Counted from the first letter of the stretch, positions 1-9,917 are shown. The stretch: DNA of 64,000 nt from an uncultured Actinomycetota bacterium (GCA_963740165.1 CAVUDC010000005.1:104012-168011), one strand, 5' to 3'. Translations and numbers: made by a program. The notes: generated from the letters alone by a model not told the origin.

Positions 1-2
1 CG

Positions 3-803
3 CTTGCGGTCGAAGAGCCGCTCGAGATTCGCGTCGGGGGCACGTCGCTCGCCGTCACGATGCGAACGCCCGGCCACGACGTCGAACTCGCGGCGGGCTT
101 CCTCGTCTCGGAGGGCGTCATCTCGGCGGGGGAGCACTTCCGTGGGGCGATCCACTGCGGCGGCCCCGGGACGGGCGGGCCCCTCGCGGGCAATACCGAG
201 AACACCTACAACGTTCTCGACGTCACCCTCGCCTCGGGCGTCGCGCCGCCCGACCCCGACTTGGCCCGCAACTTCTACACGACGAGCTCCTGCGGGCTCT
301 GCGGTAAGGCGTCGATCGAGGCCGTCGAGACCGTGTCGGTGTACGACGTTGGCGCAGACGCTGCGGTCCTGTCGGCCGAGTTGCTCGCGACCTTCCCCGA
401 CAAGCTCCGCGCCCAGCAAGCCGTGTTCGACAAGACGGGCGGGCTGCATGCCGCGGCCCTGTTCGATGCCACGACCGGTGAGCTGGTCGTGTTGCGTGAG
501 GATGTCGGACGCCACAACGCCGTCGACAAGGTCGTGGGCTGGGCCATCCTGAACGACCGTCTACCGCTCACCGGGCACGTCCTGATGGTGTCGGGGCGGG
601 CGAGCTTCGAGCTCGTGCAGAAGGCCATCATGGCGGGGCTGCCGATCCTGTCGGCCGTGTCCGCACCCTCGTCATTGGCGGTCGAGCTCGCCGACGCATC
701 GGGTCTGACCCTTGTCGGGTTCCTCCGCGGGTCGTCGATGAACGTCTACGCGCGAGCGGACCGCATTCGGGTTCCGGCGATGCAGGAACTCACGACCGCA
801 TGA
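3..803 (+). CDS. fdhD: Formate dehydrogenase accessory sulfurtransferase FdhD (5' end outside window)
   Basis: The frame is open from base 3 ([11 protein letters not shown]...TMRTPGHD); carries [26 protein letters not shown] and [12 protein letters not shown] motifs. Confidence 0.93.
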   Translation, partial: LAVEEPLEIRVGGTSLAVTMRTPGHDVELAAGFLVSEGVISAGEHFRGAIHCGGPGTGGPLAGNTENTYNVLDVTLASGVAPPDPDLARNFYTTSSCGLCGKASIEAVETVSVYDVGADAAVLSAELLATFPDKLRAQQAVFDKTGGLHAAALFDATTGELVVLREDVGRHNAVDKVVGWAILNDRLPLTGHVLMVSGRASFELVQKAIMAGLPILSAVSAPSSLAVELADASGLTLVGFLRGSSMNVYARADRIRVPAMQELTTA

Positions 804-809
804 TCCGTT

Positions 810-1442
810 CTATCCCCTGACCGACGCGGTCGCGAGCTGCACGACACAGTGCGTCGGGTCGCACGACGGCCGCATGCCCTCGACCGACAGAGGGCCGCGC
901 GCCTCGGCGAGAACGCCCTGCATGATTCCGAGGTGCACCGAGCACAGTGTGTCACGGTGGGCGGATTGCGCGGTCGCGTGCGGGCACGGTGTGAGGTCGA
1001 TCGTGAGCTCACGCTCGTCGATCAGCGGGTCGAACCCGGACTCGCTGAGATGGTCGACGATCGCATCGAGCTGATGCGTGCTCTCGGTTCCGAGATCGCC
1101 CACGGATGCTCCGGTCCACGGCATGACGCGTCGCATGATGTCGCCGCGTTCCGCTGCCGCGCGCGCCTTGCGTCGGGCGACGGGACTGGATGCCTCGGCT
1201 GCGCCGGTCGCGGCGCTGTAGAGCACGCGTGGACGACCGCGCGTGGTGCGGTGCTCGGTCTCGCGCACGATGTGTCCGGCCTCGAGCAAGCGTTCGAGGT
1301 GCTCGCGGACGGTGTTGGGGTGCAGTTTCGTTGCGGCGGCGAGCCCCGCGACGGTCTGCCGGGGTGCCACCTGGATGAGGTGGAGGATCTCGACGCGGCT
1401 GAAGTTCGAGATAGCGCTGTACGACCCGCTCGGCGTGCCCAT
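810..1442 (-). CDS. ArsR-like HTH transcriptional regulator with C-terminal Cys/His cluster
   Basis: N-terminal wHTH (LHPNTVREHLERL...GRPRVLY); C-terminal PCPH...LCSVHLG...C; start uncertain. Confidence 0.8.
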   Translation of the reverse strand: MGTPSGSYSAISNFSRVEILHLIQVAPRQTVAGLAAATKLHPNTVREHLERLLEAGHIVRETEHRTTRGRPRVLYSAATGAAEASSPVARRKARAAAERGDIMRRVMPWTGASVGDLGTESTHQLDAIVDHLSESGFDPLIDERELTIDLTPCPHATAQSAHRDTLCSVHLGIMQGVLAEARGPLSVEGMRPSCDPTHCVVQLATASVRG

Positions 1443-1485
1443 GACCCCATTATTCACGGCGTCGGCGCGCACAGCGGGCTCTGGC

Positions 1486-1893
1486 TCAGCGAGCGGGAAT
1501 CAGCTCCGCGATCAGGGCTTCGACGCGGGCGCGGATGTCGTCGCGGATCGGGCGAACCGACTCGATCCCCTGGCCGGCCGGGTCGGCGAGCTCCCAGTCC
1601 TCGTAGCGTTTGCCGGGGAAGATCGGGCACGCGTCGCCGCAGCCCATCGTGATGACGACATCCGATTCGCGCACGGCCTCGACCGTCAGCACCTTCGGGG
1701 TGTTGTTCGCGATGTCGATGCCCTCTTCGGCCATGGCGTCGACGGCGACCGGGTTGATGCTGTCCTTCGGGGCGGAGCCGGCCGACAGGACCTCGATCGA
1801 GTCCCCGGCGAGAGCGCGCAGGTATCCGGCGGCCATCTGCGAGCGTCCCGCGTTGTGGACGCAGACGAACAGGACGGTGGGCTTGTCGGTCAT
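1486..1893 (-). CDS. arsC: Arsenate reductase, LMW-PTP fold
   Basis: VLFVCVHNAGRSQMA P-loop and MGCGDACP resolving cysteines. Confidence 0.93.
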   Translation of the reverse strand: MTDKPTVLFVCVHNAGRSQMAAGYLRALAGDSIEVLSAGSAPKDSINPVAVDAMAEEGIDIANNTPKVLTVEAVRESDVVITMGCGDACPIFPGKRYEDWELADPAGQGIESVRPIRDDIRARVEALIAELIPAR

Positions 1894-1922
1894 CGGGACT
1901 CGCTTTCTCTGAATACCCAAAG

Positions 1923-1940
1923 CATAGACATAAATCTATT
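1923..1940. promoter_or_regulatory. ArsR-type operator CATAGA-N6-TCTATT upstream of arsC
   Basis: Palindrome that recurs at 8947-8964 and 9874-9891. Confidence 0.65.
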
Positions 1941-1961
1941 GAATGTGCGCGGGCTCGGCTG

Positions 1962-2471
1962 TCAGTCCTGGCCGTTGATGGCACTGCGGCGTTCGATCAG
2001 CACCGTGTCGCGCCAGAGGCCCGCGTGTGGCCCTCGCCCCGATCGCGCAATGCGCTCGCGACGACCGACCGTCCGAAATCCCGCGCGCCCGTGCAGTGCA
2101 AGGCTCGCCGTGTTTTCGGGGAAGATGCTGGACTGGATGCACCAGACTCCAGCGTCTTCGGCTGCGTCGATGAGCGCCGAGAGCAGCATCCGTCCGACGC
2201 CGCGTCCGCGCGCCTCCCGCGCGACATAGACGGAATGCTCGATCACCCCGCGGTAGGCGGCGCGGGTCGAGACGGCGGATGCGGCGGCCCAGCCGACGAC
2301 CGCTCCGCCATCATCCGCGACCAGGCGCAGGTTCGGCAGGCGGGAGGAGTCGAAACTCGCCCGGCTCGGCACCTCGAGCTCGAAGGTCGCCTCGCCATCC
2401 TCGATGCCTTCGCCGTAGATCCGGGCGACCGCGTCCCAGTCCGAGGCGTGCATCGGCCGAACGGTCGTCAT
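1962..2471 (-). CDS. GNAT N-acetyltransferase (phosphinothricin/ArsN-like)
   Basis: ATFE, SAVSTRAAYRGVIEHSVYV...GRGVG, IFPENTASLALH, WRDTVLIERRS; ATGA overlap with the upstream oxidoreductase. Confidence 0.85.
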   Translation of the reverse strand: MTTVRPMHASDWDAVARIYGEGIEDGEATFELEVPSRASFDSSRLPNLRLVADDGGAVVGWAAASAVSTRAAYRGVIEHSVYVAREARGRGVGRMLLSALIDAAEDAGVWCIQSSIFPENTASLALHGRAGFRTVGRRERIARSGRGPHAGLWRDTVLIERRSAINGQD

Positions 2472-3805
2472 GTGCAGCAAGCTCCCCCGCCGATATCGGT
2501 CGAACAGACGCCGGTTGTCGGCAGCGTGAGTGCCACCTGCAGGGCGCTCTCGGTGTCGCCCGCGAGATGTGCCGCAACCGAGCGGACCTGCTCGTACCCG
2601 GTGGCGAGCAGGAACGTGGGCGCGCGCCCGTACGACTTCATGCCGACGATGAAGAAGTTCTGTTCGGGATGCGTCAGCTCGCGGAATCCGTGTGGCTCGA
2701 CGGTGCCGCACGAGTGCACGTTCGGGTCGATCAGGGGCGCGAGGCGTCGTGGAGCTTCGACGATGTCGTCGAGCTCGAGGCGAAGCTCGCGCAGCATGCC
2801 GAGGTCGGGGCGGAAGCCGGTCGCGTTCACGACCTCGTCGGTGCGGTGGGCAACGCTCTCACCGCGACGCAGCCCGACGAGTTCGACCCCGTTCCCGCGC
2901 CAGTCGCTGCCCTCGACCTCAGCGCGACGCGCCCCCACGATCTCGAACCCGTCGACGAGGTCGATGGTGCCCGAACGAACCAGCTCCTCGACCCGCCCCC
3001 CGAGCTCCGCGCGACCGGCGAGCTCGTCATCCGGTGCCGTCGTGACCCGCGCGGCTCGCGTATTGCGGATCAGCCACGTAATGCGTGTGCCGGGGACCTC
3101 GGATGCGAGCTTCACCAGCGCGAGCAGCGTGTTCGCGGCGGAGTGTCCGGCGCCGACGACCGTCGTATGCCGACCCGCAAATCGTGCCCGATTCCGGCCG
3201 AGCACGTCGGGCAGCGCGGGCGAGACACGGTCTGCGACATCGCCGAGGCCGAGGGGGTCGAGGCCGTTCGACCCGAGGCTGTTGGGGGTGCGGTACGTGC
3301 CCGAGGCGTCGATGACAGCCCGGGCCGGGACATCCTCGACCGAACCGTCCGCATGCCGGACGCGCAGCGCGAACGGCGTGACGGCGCGTGCCCGGGTGCG
3401 GGTGCGGTCCATGCCCTCGCGGGTCACGGCCAGCACCTCGGTGCCGGTCCGGGTGCGGGACGCGATCGCGTCGAGCTGGGCGAGAGGACTCAGGTACCGA
3501 GAGACGAGCTCGGCACCGGTGGGGATGCGGGATGCGGCGGGCGCCTGCCATCGGGATGCCTCGAGCAGCCGCGCCGAGGCGGGATCGATGAGGTGCTCCC
3601 ACGGCGAGAAGAGGCGGGTGTGCCCCCATGCCCGCACGCTCGCGCCGACCTCGTCACCGGCCTCGTAGATCACGAAGTCGATGCCGCGCTCGATCAGGTG
3701 CGCCGCCGCGGCGAGGCCGATGGGGCCCGCGCCGATGATGGCGACGGGCAGGGTGTCGAGGCGGCTCGCGCGGGATGTGCGCGGCATGAGATCGAGCAGG
3801 GTCAT
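2468..3805 (-). CDS. Arsenic-cluster FAD/NAD(P)-dependent oxidoreductase (ArsO/ArsV-like flavin monooxygenase)
   Basis: IIGAGPIG and VVGAGHSA Rossmann motifs, DASG, ATGFRP, HSCGTV, SYGRAPTFL, C-terminal vicinal Cys (ACCT). Confidence 0.85.
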   Translation of the reverse strand: MTLLDLMPRTSRASRLDTLPVAIIGAGPIGLAAAAHLIERGIDFVIYEAGDEVGASVRAWGHTRLFSPWEHLIDPASARLLEASRWQAPAASRIPTGAELVSRYLSPLAQLDAIASRTRTGTEVLAVTREGMDRTRTRARAVTPFALRVRHADGSVEDVPARAVIDASGTYRTPNSLGSNGLDPLGLGDVADRVSPALPDVLGRNRARFAGRHTTVVGAGHSAANTLLALVKLASEVPGTRITWLIRNTRAARVTTAPDDELAGRAELGGRVEELVRSGTIDLVDGFEIVGARRAEVEGSDWRGNGVELVGLRRGESVAHRTDEVVNATGFRPDLGMLRELRLELDDIVEAPRRLAPLIDPNVHSCGTVEPHGFRELTHPEQNFFIVGMKSYGRAPTFLLATGYEQVRSVAAHLAGDTESALQVALTLPTTGVCSTDIGGGACCT

Positions 3806-3820
3806 GGTTCCCCTTCGGTG

Positions 3821-3873
3821 CATCGATGGTGTTCGATGTTCGAGTATCCGCCGTCTATCGATGAGTGTCAATA
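3821..3873. promoter_or_regulatory. Two ArsR-type operators in the divergent promoter
   Basis: CATCGA-N6-TCGATG at 3821-3838 and TATCGA-N6-TCAATA at 3856-3873. Confidence 0.6.
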
Positions 3874-3890
3874 TCGATTAGCATCGATGC

Positions 3891-4271
3891 GTGACTGCTC
3901 TCCCTCCGATGACCATGCTTCCGCTGACGGATGTCTCGGCGCCCACGTGTGCGACCCCCCTCGTTCGCGACCCCCTCGTCCGAGACACGCTCGGTGCCGA
4001 CGAGGCGGTGGCTCTCGCGCACACCATGAAGGCGCTCGCCGATCCCGCCCGGCTGCGGCTGCTCTCGATCGTTGCGGCGTCCGAGGGAGCAGAAGCGTGC
4101 GTCTGCGACCTGATCGAGCCCGTGGGTCTGAGCCAGCCGACCGTATCGCATCACCTGAAAGTGCTCACCGAGGCCGGGTTTCTCACCCGCAGCAAACGGG
4201 GCACCTGGGCCTACTACGGCCTGGTGCCGGACGCCCTCGACCGCGTCTCGCGTCTGCTGATCGGCTCGTGA
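3891..4271 (+). CDS. arsR: As(III)-responsive repressor ArsR
   Basis: KALADPARL, EACVCDL metal-binding box, LSQPTVSHHLKVL. Confidence 0.92.
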   Translation: MTALPPMTMLPLTDVSAPTCATPLVRDPLVRDTLGADEAVALAHTMKALADPARLRLLSIVAASEGAEACVCDLIEPVGLSQPTVSHHLKVLTEAGFLTRSKRGTWAYYGLVPDALDRVSRLLIGS

Positions 4272-4990
4272 AAGCGACCGTGCGCGCCGTCGGCGCGGAG
4301 TTTCTCGGCAGTGCCCTGCTCGCCGCCATCGTCATCGGATCCGGCATCATGGCTCAACAACTGTCACCCGACGATGTGGGGCTGCAGCTCTTCGAGAACG
4401 CCTTCGCCACAGCCCTGGGCCTGGGCGTGCTGATCTTGATCTTGCAACCGGTTTCGGGCGCCCACTTCAACCCTGTCGTGACGCTCGCCGACATCGTGCT
4501 GCACCGTCGTCCCTGGTCGGTTGCGGGTGTCTACCTCCCCGCACAGATCGTCGGATGCATCGCGGGGGCGATGCTCGCCAACCTGATGTTCGGGCTCGCC
4601 GCGGTGTCGTGGAGCACCACCGATCGCGCCGACGGCCCGCGCCTGTTGTCCGAGGTCGTCGCCACCGCGGGGCTGGTGTTCCTGATCTTCGCGCTGGTCC
4701 GCACGGGGCGCGGCAGTCTCGCGGCGCCCGCCGTCGGCGCCTACATCGGCGCGGCCTACTTCTTCACCTCGTCGACCAGCTTCGCCAACCCCGCCATCAC
4801 GATCGGTCGAGCATTCAGCGACACTTTCGCCGGGATCGCCCCAACATCCATCCTGCCCTTCATCGGCGCTCAGATCGTCGGCGCGGCCGTCGGTGTCGTC
4901 CTCGCTCTCGGGCTGTTTCCGCTGGCGAAACGTGCCCCCGACGGCGTGGATGTCGTCGGTGTCGTCGCGGAAGCGGGCCCGCGCTCCTAA
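4268..4990 (+). CDS. MIP family aquaporin (AqpS-like arsenite channel)
   Basis: SGAHFNPVVT and SFANPA boxes, six hydrophobic segments; GTGA overlap with arsR. Confidence 0.88.
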   Translation: MKATVRAVGAEFLGSALLAAIVIGSGIMAQQLSPDDVGLQLFENAFATALGLGVLILILQPVSGAHFNPVVTLADIVLHRRPWSVAGVYLPAQIVGCIAGAMLANLMFGLAAVSWSTTDRADGPRLLSEVVATAGLVFLIFALVRTGRGSLAAPAVGAYIGAAYFFTSSTSFANPAITIGRAFSDTFAGIAPTSILPFIGAQIVGAAVGVVLALGLFPLAKRAPDGVDVVGVVAEAGPRS

Positions 4991-5961
4991 CGTCGACGTG
5001 AGAACACCTTTCGTCGACGCGAGAACGCCGAGACGAGCGCCACCATCACGATCAGCTCGACCAGGGTCTGCGTGACCACGACGAGCGGGGTCAGCGCGAA
5101 GGCCGGCGGCAGCGCGAGCGCGAGCGGCAGGACCACCAGCGAGTTGCGTGTGACGCCGCTGAAGACCACCGCCCGTCGCGTCGGCCTATCGAGGCGCGCG
5201 ACCCGGCCGGCCACGGCTCCGAGCACCAGCATGATCGCGACGAAAGCGACAAAAGCAGGCACAACGGCGAGCAGCACGCCGAGCGATCCCGAGACTGCCG
5301 CAACCTGAGAGCCGACGACGACTGCGAGCGTCACCATCATCAGCGGCACCATTGCTGCGAGACCGACCGCGGTCAGGGCGCGTCCGAATCGGGTCCGAGC
5401 GGCGAGAGCCTGTGTGATCGCCGCGAGCGCGAGCGGCAGCACGATCAGCAGCAGGAATGCCTCGACGAAGGGGAGCAGATCGACGGATGCCGCGAACTCT
5501 GGCCCGATCATCACCCACAGGTAGAGAGGAAGCAGCGCCATCTGCGCGAGCATCAGCAGGGGAGTTGCGGCGAGCAGGCGCTCCTTCGATCCGCCCGCCA
5601 GTCCCGTGAAGACGATGACGTAGTCGACGCACGGGGTCAGCAGCACGAGCAGCACGCCGATGACGAGGACCTGATCGAACGCGACGAGGCGCGACAGGCC
5701 GAACACGATCGGGGGGACGATCACAAAGTTGAGGAGCACGACGGTTGCGAGAAACCGGGCGTCACGGAAGGCTCCGGCGAGCCGCGCGAACGGTACGCCC
5801 AAGAATGTCGCGTAGAGGAGTAGGCCGAGGATGGGCGTGATCGACACAGTGAGGGGACCCGCCGCACCGGGAAGCCCCAGCCCGACCGCCACGCCGATCG
5901 CGATCGCCGCCAGGTAGAGAGCGACCTGGTGCCGCTCTCCCCATTCGATGACTCGCGACAT
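4987..5961 (-). CDS. Acr3-family arsenical efflux protein (bile acid:sodium symporter superfamily)
   Basis: About 10 TM segments; LLTPCVDYVIVFTGLAGG and TRNSLVVLPLAL motifs. Confidence 0.82.
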   Translation of the reverse strand: MSRVIEWGERHQVALYLAAIAIGVAVGLGLPGAAGPLTVSITPILGLLLYATFLGVPFARLAGAFRDARFLATVVLLNFVIVPPIVFGLSRLVAFDQVLVIGVLLVLLTPCVDYVIVFTGLAGGSKERLLAATPLLMLAQMALLPLYLWVMIGPEFAASVDLLPFVEAFLLLIVLPLALAAITQALAARTRFGRALTAVGLAAMVPLMMVTLAVVVGSQVAAVSGSLGVLLAVVPAFVAFVAIMLVLGAVAGRVARLDRPTRRAVVFSGVTRNSLVVLPLALALPPAFALTPLVVVTQTLVELIVMVALVSAFSRRRKVFSRRR

Positions 5962-6017
5962 CCGCCCAGTCTGTCAGCCGGTCAAGGCGAGGTTCTTGCG
6001 ACTGCGGACGCGGCCGC

Positions 6018-6813
6018 TCAACGGCAGGTGGCAGCCGTCTCGATCAGCGACGCCGGCGGGTAGCCGTACGCCTGCACGCCGCTGCCGAGAGCGGTGTGCC
6101 CCATGCTGATTGCCCACGCCGTCGCCCACGCCTCGTTCGCGTCGCGGTCGGACGAGTCGAACAGATCGCTGCATTTCGAGGTGATCGCGTGTCCCACTTC
6201 GTGGGTGGGCATACCCCTCGATCGCTAGTCGCGTGGTGAGCAGCGGGCCGGCCTTTTCGGCGAGTTCGGCCTGCTGAGATGTTTTCAGGCTGTGGGCGGC
6301 GGTTGCGTAGGCGGTGAAGGCAAGCTCGGCTCCCGAACCGAGCATCGTCTGGGCGGCTGCGGGCACCGAGGCGTAGAGGGTCGACGCCGAATTCTGCAAG
6401 TCTTCCGTCGTGGTCTCCAGCTCGGCGGTCACGGCGTCTAGCCCCACGGTGAAAACGTCGAGCGCCGCCGAGTCGTCCACAAGACGTGACGAGGCCGCGG
6501 CGAGATCCCAAGTCCACAGCGGCTTGCGCGTGTCGGGTCGATCCGGGACTTCCGCCAATGTCTCCGTCGCTAGGTCCATAACCCCCGCCGCTACGTTGGC
6601 CGCCGTCGCGAGTCCGGCGCGCGCGCCGCTGTCGACGAGATCCTCGGCGGTCGATGCCGCATCGTCGAAAGCCCGCCAGGCGATGACATGCACCGTGCCC
6701 AACGCGGCCGCGATGAGGGCGACTCCCGCGAGCGCGATGGCCCAGCGGCGCCCGAAGCGCCGGTTGTTGTCGGGCCCCTCGGCATCGGTGGCGTCGGCAG
6801 GGTCCATCCCCAC
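6018..6813 (-). pseudogene. Disrupted membrane-anchored protein with C-terminal HExxH zinc-peptidase-like motif
   Basis: N-terminal TM plus Ala-rich stalk in one frame; HEVGHAIT...NEAWATAW tail in another frame (6018-6212). Confidence 0.5.
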
Positions 6814-6846
6814 ACCATAGATGCGGAGAGGCCCAGCGCCGTGCCC

Positions 6847-8371
6847 CTAGTGCCCGCCGCCGAGGCCACCGCTCAGGCGTCCGTGCATGAGCGATGTGGC
6901 TTCGTTCATGCCCTCGAGAATGACGCGCTTGCCCTGGTGCTCGTACTTCGTCACGATCGCGTCGAGTGCGGCGACGGTCGATGCGTCCCAGATGTGCGAG
7001 TTGGACATGTCGATGATGACACGCTCGGGGTCGTGCGTGTATTCGAACTGGGTCGTGAGGTCGTTGCTCGAGGCGAAGAACAGCTCGCCATTCACGGTGT
7101 AGCGGACCGTGGGGACGGATGCCGCGCGGTCGGTTTCGCGGGTAACCGAGACGAAGTGCGCGACGCGTCGGGCGAACAGGACCATCGCGGCAAGGACGCC
7201 CGCGCCGACGCCGATCGCGAGGTTGTGGGTCCAGACAGTGATGATGACGGTGATGAGCATGACGGCCGTTTCGCTTTTCGGCATCCGCTTCAATGTCGAC
7301 GAGGCGGATGCTGTGCCAGTCGAACGTTGCGACGGCGACGACGATCATCACGGCGACGAGGGCGGCCATCGGGATGACCGCGACGACATCACCGAGTGCC
7401 AGGACGAGGACCAGCAGGAAGACGCCGGCGAGGAAGGTGGAGATGCGGGTGCGTGCGCCGGATGCCTTGACGTTGATCATGGTCTGGCCGATCATCGCGC
7501 AACCGCCCATGCCGCCGAACGCTCCGGAGAGGATGTTCGCTGCGCCCTGACCGAAGGCCTCGCGGGTCTTGCGGGAGTGGGTGTCGGTGATTTCGTCGAC
7601 GAGCTTCGCGGTCATGAGTGACTCGAGTAGTCCGACGACCGCCATCGCTGCGGCGTAGGGGGCGATGATGCCGAGCGTCTCGAGATTCAGCGGCACGTTC
7701 GGGATGAACAGCTCGGGCAGGCTCTGGGGCAGTTCCCCTTCGCCGCCGACATTGGGCACGTTGAGGCCGAAAACGACGGCGGCGGCTGTGAGCAGGATGA
7801 TCGCGATGAGCGGTGCGGGGATGACTTTCGTCCAGAGGGGCATCAGATACATGATCAGCAGCCCGATGACGACGAGCGGGTAGACGAGCCAGGGCACGTC
7901 GATCAGCTGGGGGAACTGTGAGGTGAAGATGAGGATCGCGAGGGCGTTGACGAATCCCACCATGACCGAACGGGGGATGAATCGCATCAGCTTCGCCACA
8001 CCGAGGGCGGCCAGCGCGATCTGGATGACTCCGCCGAGCAGCACGGTGGCGATGAAGTAGTCCATGCCGTACTCGCGGGCAACGGGCGCGATGACGAGCG
8101 CGATCGCGCCGGTGGCGGCCGTGATCATCGCGGGCCGCCCACCGAGGAACGCGATCGCCACGGCCATCACGAAGGACGAGAACAGGCCGACACGGGGGTC
8201 GACGCCCGCGATGAGCGAGAACGCGATCGCCTCGGGGATCAGGGCGATCGCGACGACGAGTCCCGCGAGGACCTCACGGGTGAGGATGCGTGGGCTCCGA
8301 AGGGCCTGCATGACCGTGGGTTCGATGCGGTAGCGGGATTTGGGATCTTGGATGGGGATGACGTCGGTCAT
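6847..8371 (-). CDS. SulP-family anion permease with STAS domain; +1 frameshift near 7302
   Basis: [38 protein letters not shown]; STAS ([15 protein letters not shown]) continues in another frame. Confidence 0.85.
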
Positions 8372-8532
8372 GGCGCTCCTGAACGGGGAGGGTGGCGGGG
8401 GATTGGGCGCGCCATTGCGCCGAGGCCGAGGGTGTCGACCTGAGAGGATGGGATGCGAGTGCTCGATGAGCGCCCGCGGTGACTTTACCGTAACGTCAGG
8501 TTTGACCGCGAATCCCACTTTCGAGGAGTGAT

Positions 8533-8916
8533 GTGAGCAGCACGGGACACATGCATATCGGTGAGGTCGCCGAGCGCACGTCGTTGTCGCTGCGGACGCT
8601 GCGTCACTATGACGAGATCGGTCTGGTGATCCCGTCCGGTCGCACGGAGGGTGGATTCCGGTTGTATGCCGAGGACGATGTCGCGCGCCTCATGCTCGTG
8701 CGGCGGATGAAGCCGCTCGGCTACTCGCTGGACGAGATGCGGACGGTGCTCGCCGCGTTCGGCGAACTCGCCCGCGACCCCGCATCCGTCGAGCATCTCG
8801 CCACGATCCGGGAGATCCGCGGAGCGGCTGAGACTCGGCGGCAGAAGCTGGTCGAACAGGTGGCGATGGCCGAAGAGTTCCTGCACCAGTTGGCGTCGGT
8901 CGAGCGCTCTCAGTAG
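8533..8916 (+). CDS. MerR-family transcriptional regulator, divergent from sulP
   Basis: MHIGEVAERTSLSLRTLRHYDEIGLVIPSGRTEGGFRLY. Confidence 0.9.
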   Translation: MSSTGHMHIGEVAERTSLSLRTLRHYDEIGLVIPSGRTEGGFRLYAEDDVARLMLVRRMKPLGYSLDEMRTVLAAFGELARDPASVEHLATIREIRGAAETRRQKLVEQVAMAEEFLHQLASVERSQ

Positions 8917-8946
8917 CCGTTCGCCGCCGCGTGCCTGAGGGTGGCG

Positions 8947-8964
8947 CATAGACTTCGGTCTATG
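8947..8964. promoter_or_regulatory. Operator CATAGA-N6-TCTATG overlapping the start of the ArsR-ArsC fusion
   Basis: Perfect CATAGAC-ttcg-GTCTATG palindrome ending in the ATG. Confidence 0.7.
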
Positions 8965-9849
8965 AGTGTGGGCGATGGTTCCGAGGAATGGACGATTCTC
9001 GGCGATCCCACCCGTGCCCGGATCGTGCGCCTTATCCGCGAGTCCCCGGATGGGCGGGCGCTTGTCGGGCGGCTCGCGGAATCGCTCGGCCTTCGTCAGC
9101 CGACGGTGAGTCATCACATGAAGGAGCTGGCGGCTCGAGGGATCCTCGTGCGCGAGCCCGAGGGGCGTCGAGTCTGGTACTCGATCGACCCGCGGAACGC
9201 GGAGCGGGTTGACGCGCTCCTCGGCGACGACACCTCGGGGGAGCGGCTCGAGCTCGACCTGCCCCGCATCGTCTCCCGTCTCGCCGAGCGATATCGCGGC
9301 ACGTTCGGTCGCGAGACGATCGAGCGATACGTGACCGAGAGCCACGAGCTGCTGTCGGCGAGCAACCCCACCACGCTGACCGGGTCACGCACCGCCGATT
9401 TCGCGACCGGGAGGCTCGACGCGCTCGCCCGATCGAAGACACCCCCTGCGGATGCTCCGGAAGTCCTGTTCGTGTGTGTCGAGAATGCGGGACGATCGCA
9501 GATCGCGGCGGGCATCCTTCGTCAGCTCGCGGGCAATCGGGTGTTGGTGCGTACCGCGGGTTCAGCGCCCGTCAGTGGCGTGCGCACCACCGTCGTCGCT
9601 GCGCTCGACGAGATCGGGATTTCCCTCGGCGGCGAATTCCCCAAGCCGCTCACCGACGAAGCCGTGCGCGCGGCGGATGTCGTCGTGACGATGGGATGCG
9701 GGGATGCCTGTCCTGTCTACCCCGGTCGGCGTTACCTCGACTGGGACCTCGAGGATCCGGTCGGCAAGTCACTCGAGACCGTGCGGGTCATCCGCGACGA
9801 CATCGAGGTGCGGGTTCGGGATCTGCTGGCGGAGCTCGTGCCGTCCTGA
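8962..9849 (+). CDS. ArsR HTH / helical linker / ArsC fusion protein
   Basis: N-terminal LGDPTRARI...QPTVSHHM HTH; C-terminal FVCVENAGRSQ and MGCGDACP ArsC domain. Confidence 0.9.
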   Translation: MSVGDGSEEWTILGDPTRARIVRLIRESPDGRALVGRLAESLGLRQPTVSHHMKELAARGILVREPEGRRVWYSIDPRNAERVDALLGDDTSGERLELDLPRIVSRLAERYRGTFGRETIERYVTESHELLSASNPTTLTGSRTADFATGRLDALARSKTPPADAPEVLFVCVENAGRSQIAAGILRQLAGNRVLVRTAGSAPVSGVRTTVVAALDEIGISLGGEFPKPLTDEAVRAADVVVTMGCGDACPVYPGRRYLDWDLEDPVGKSLETVRVIRDDIEVRVRDLLAELVPS

Positions 9850-9873
9850 TCCGCACGTGCGGTCTGTTGTATT

Positions 9874-9891
9874 CATAGATGTGGGTCTATG
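9874..9891. promoter_or_regulatory. Operator CATAGA-N6-TCTATG upstream of the second pstS
   Basis: Same palindrome as 1923-1940 and 8947-8964. Confidence 0.65.
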
Positions 9892-9917
9892 CTTTTGAGT
9901 GAGGAAAGCGAGACATC

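Noticed and set aside
2279-4267. N-terminal ~660 aa of the 903-aa plus-strand ORF
   Set aside because: Antisense shadow of the oxidoreductase; only 4268-4990 (aquaporin) is real
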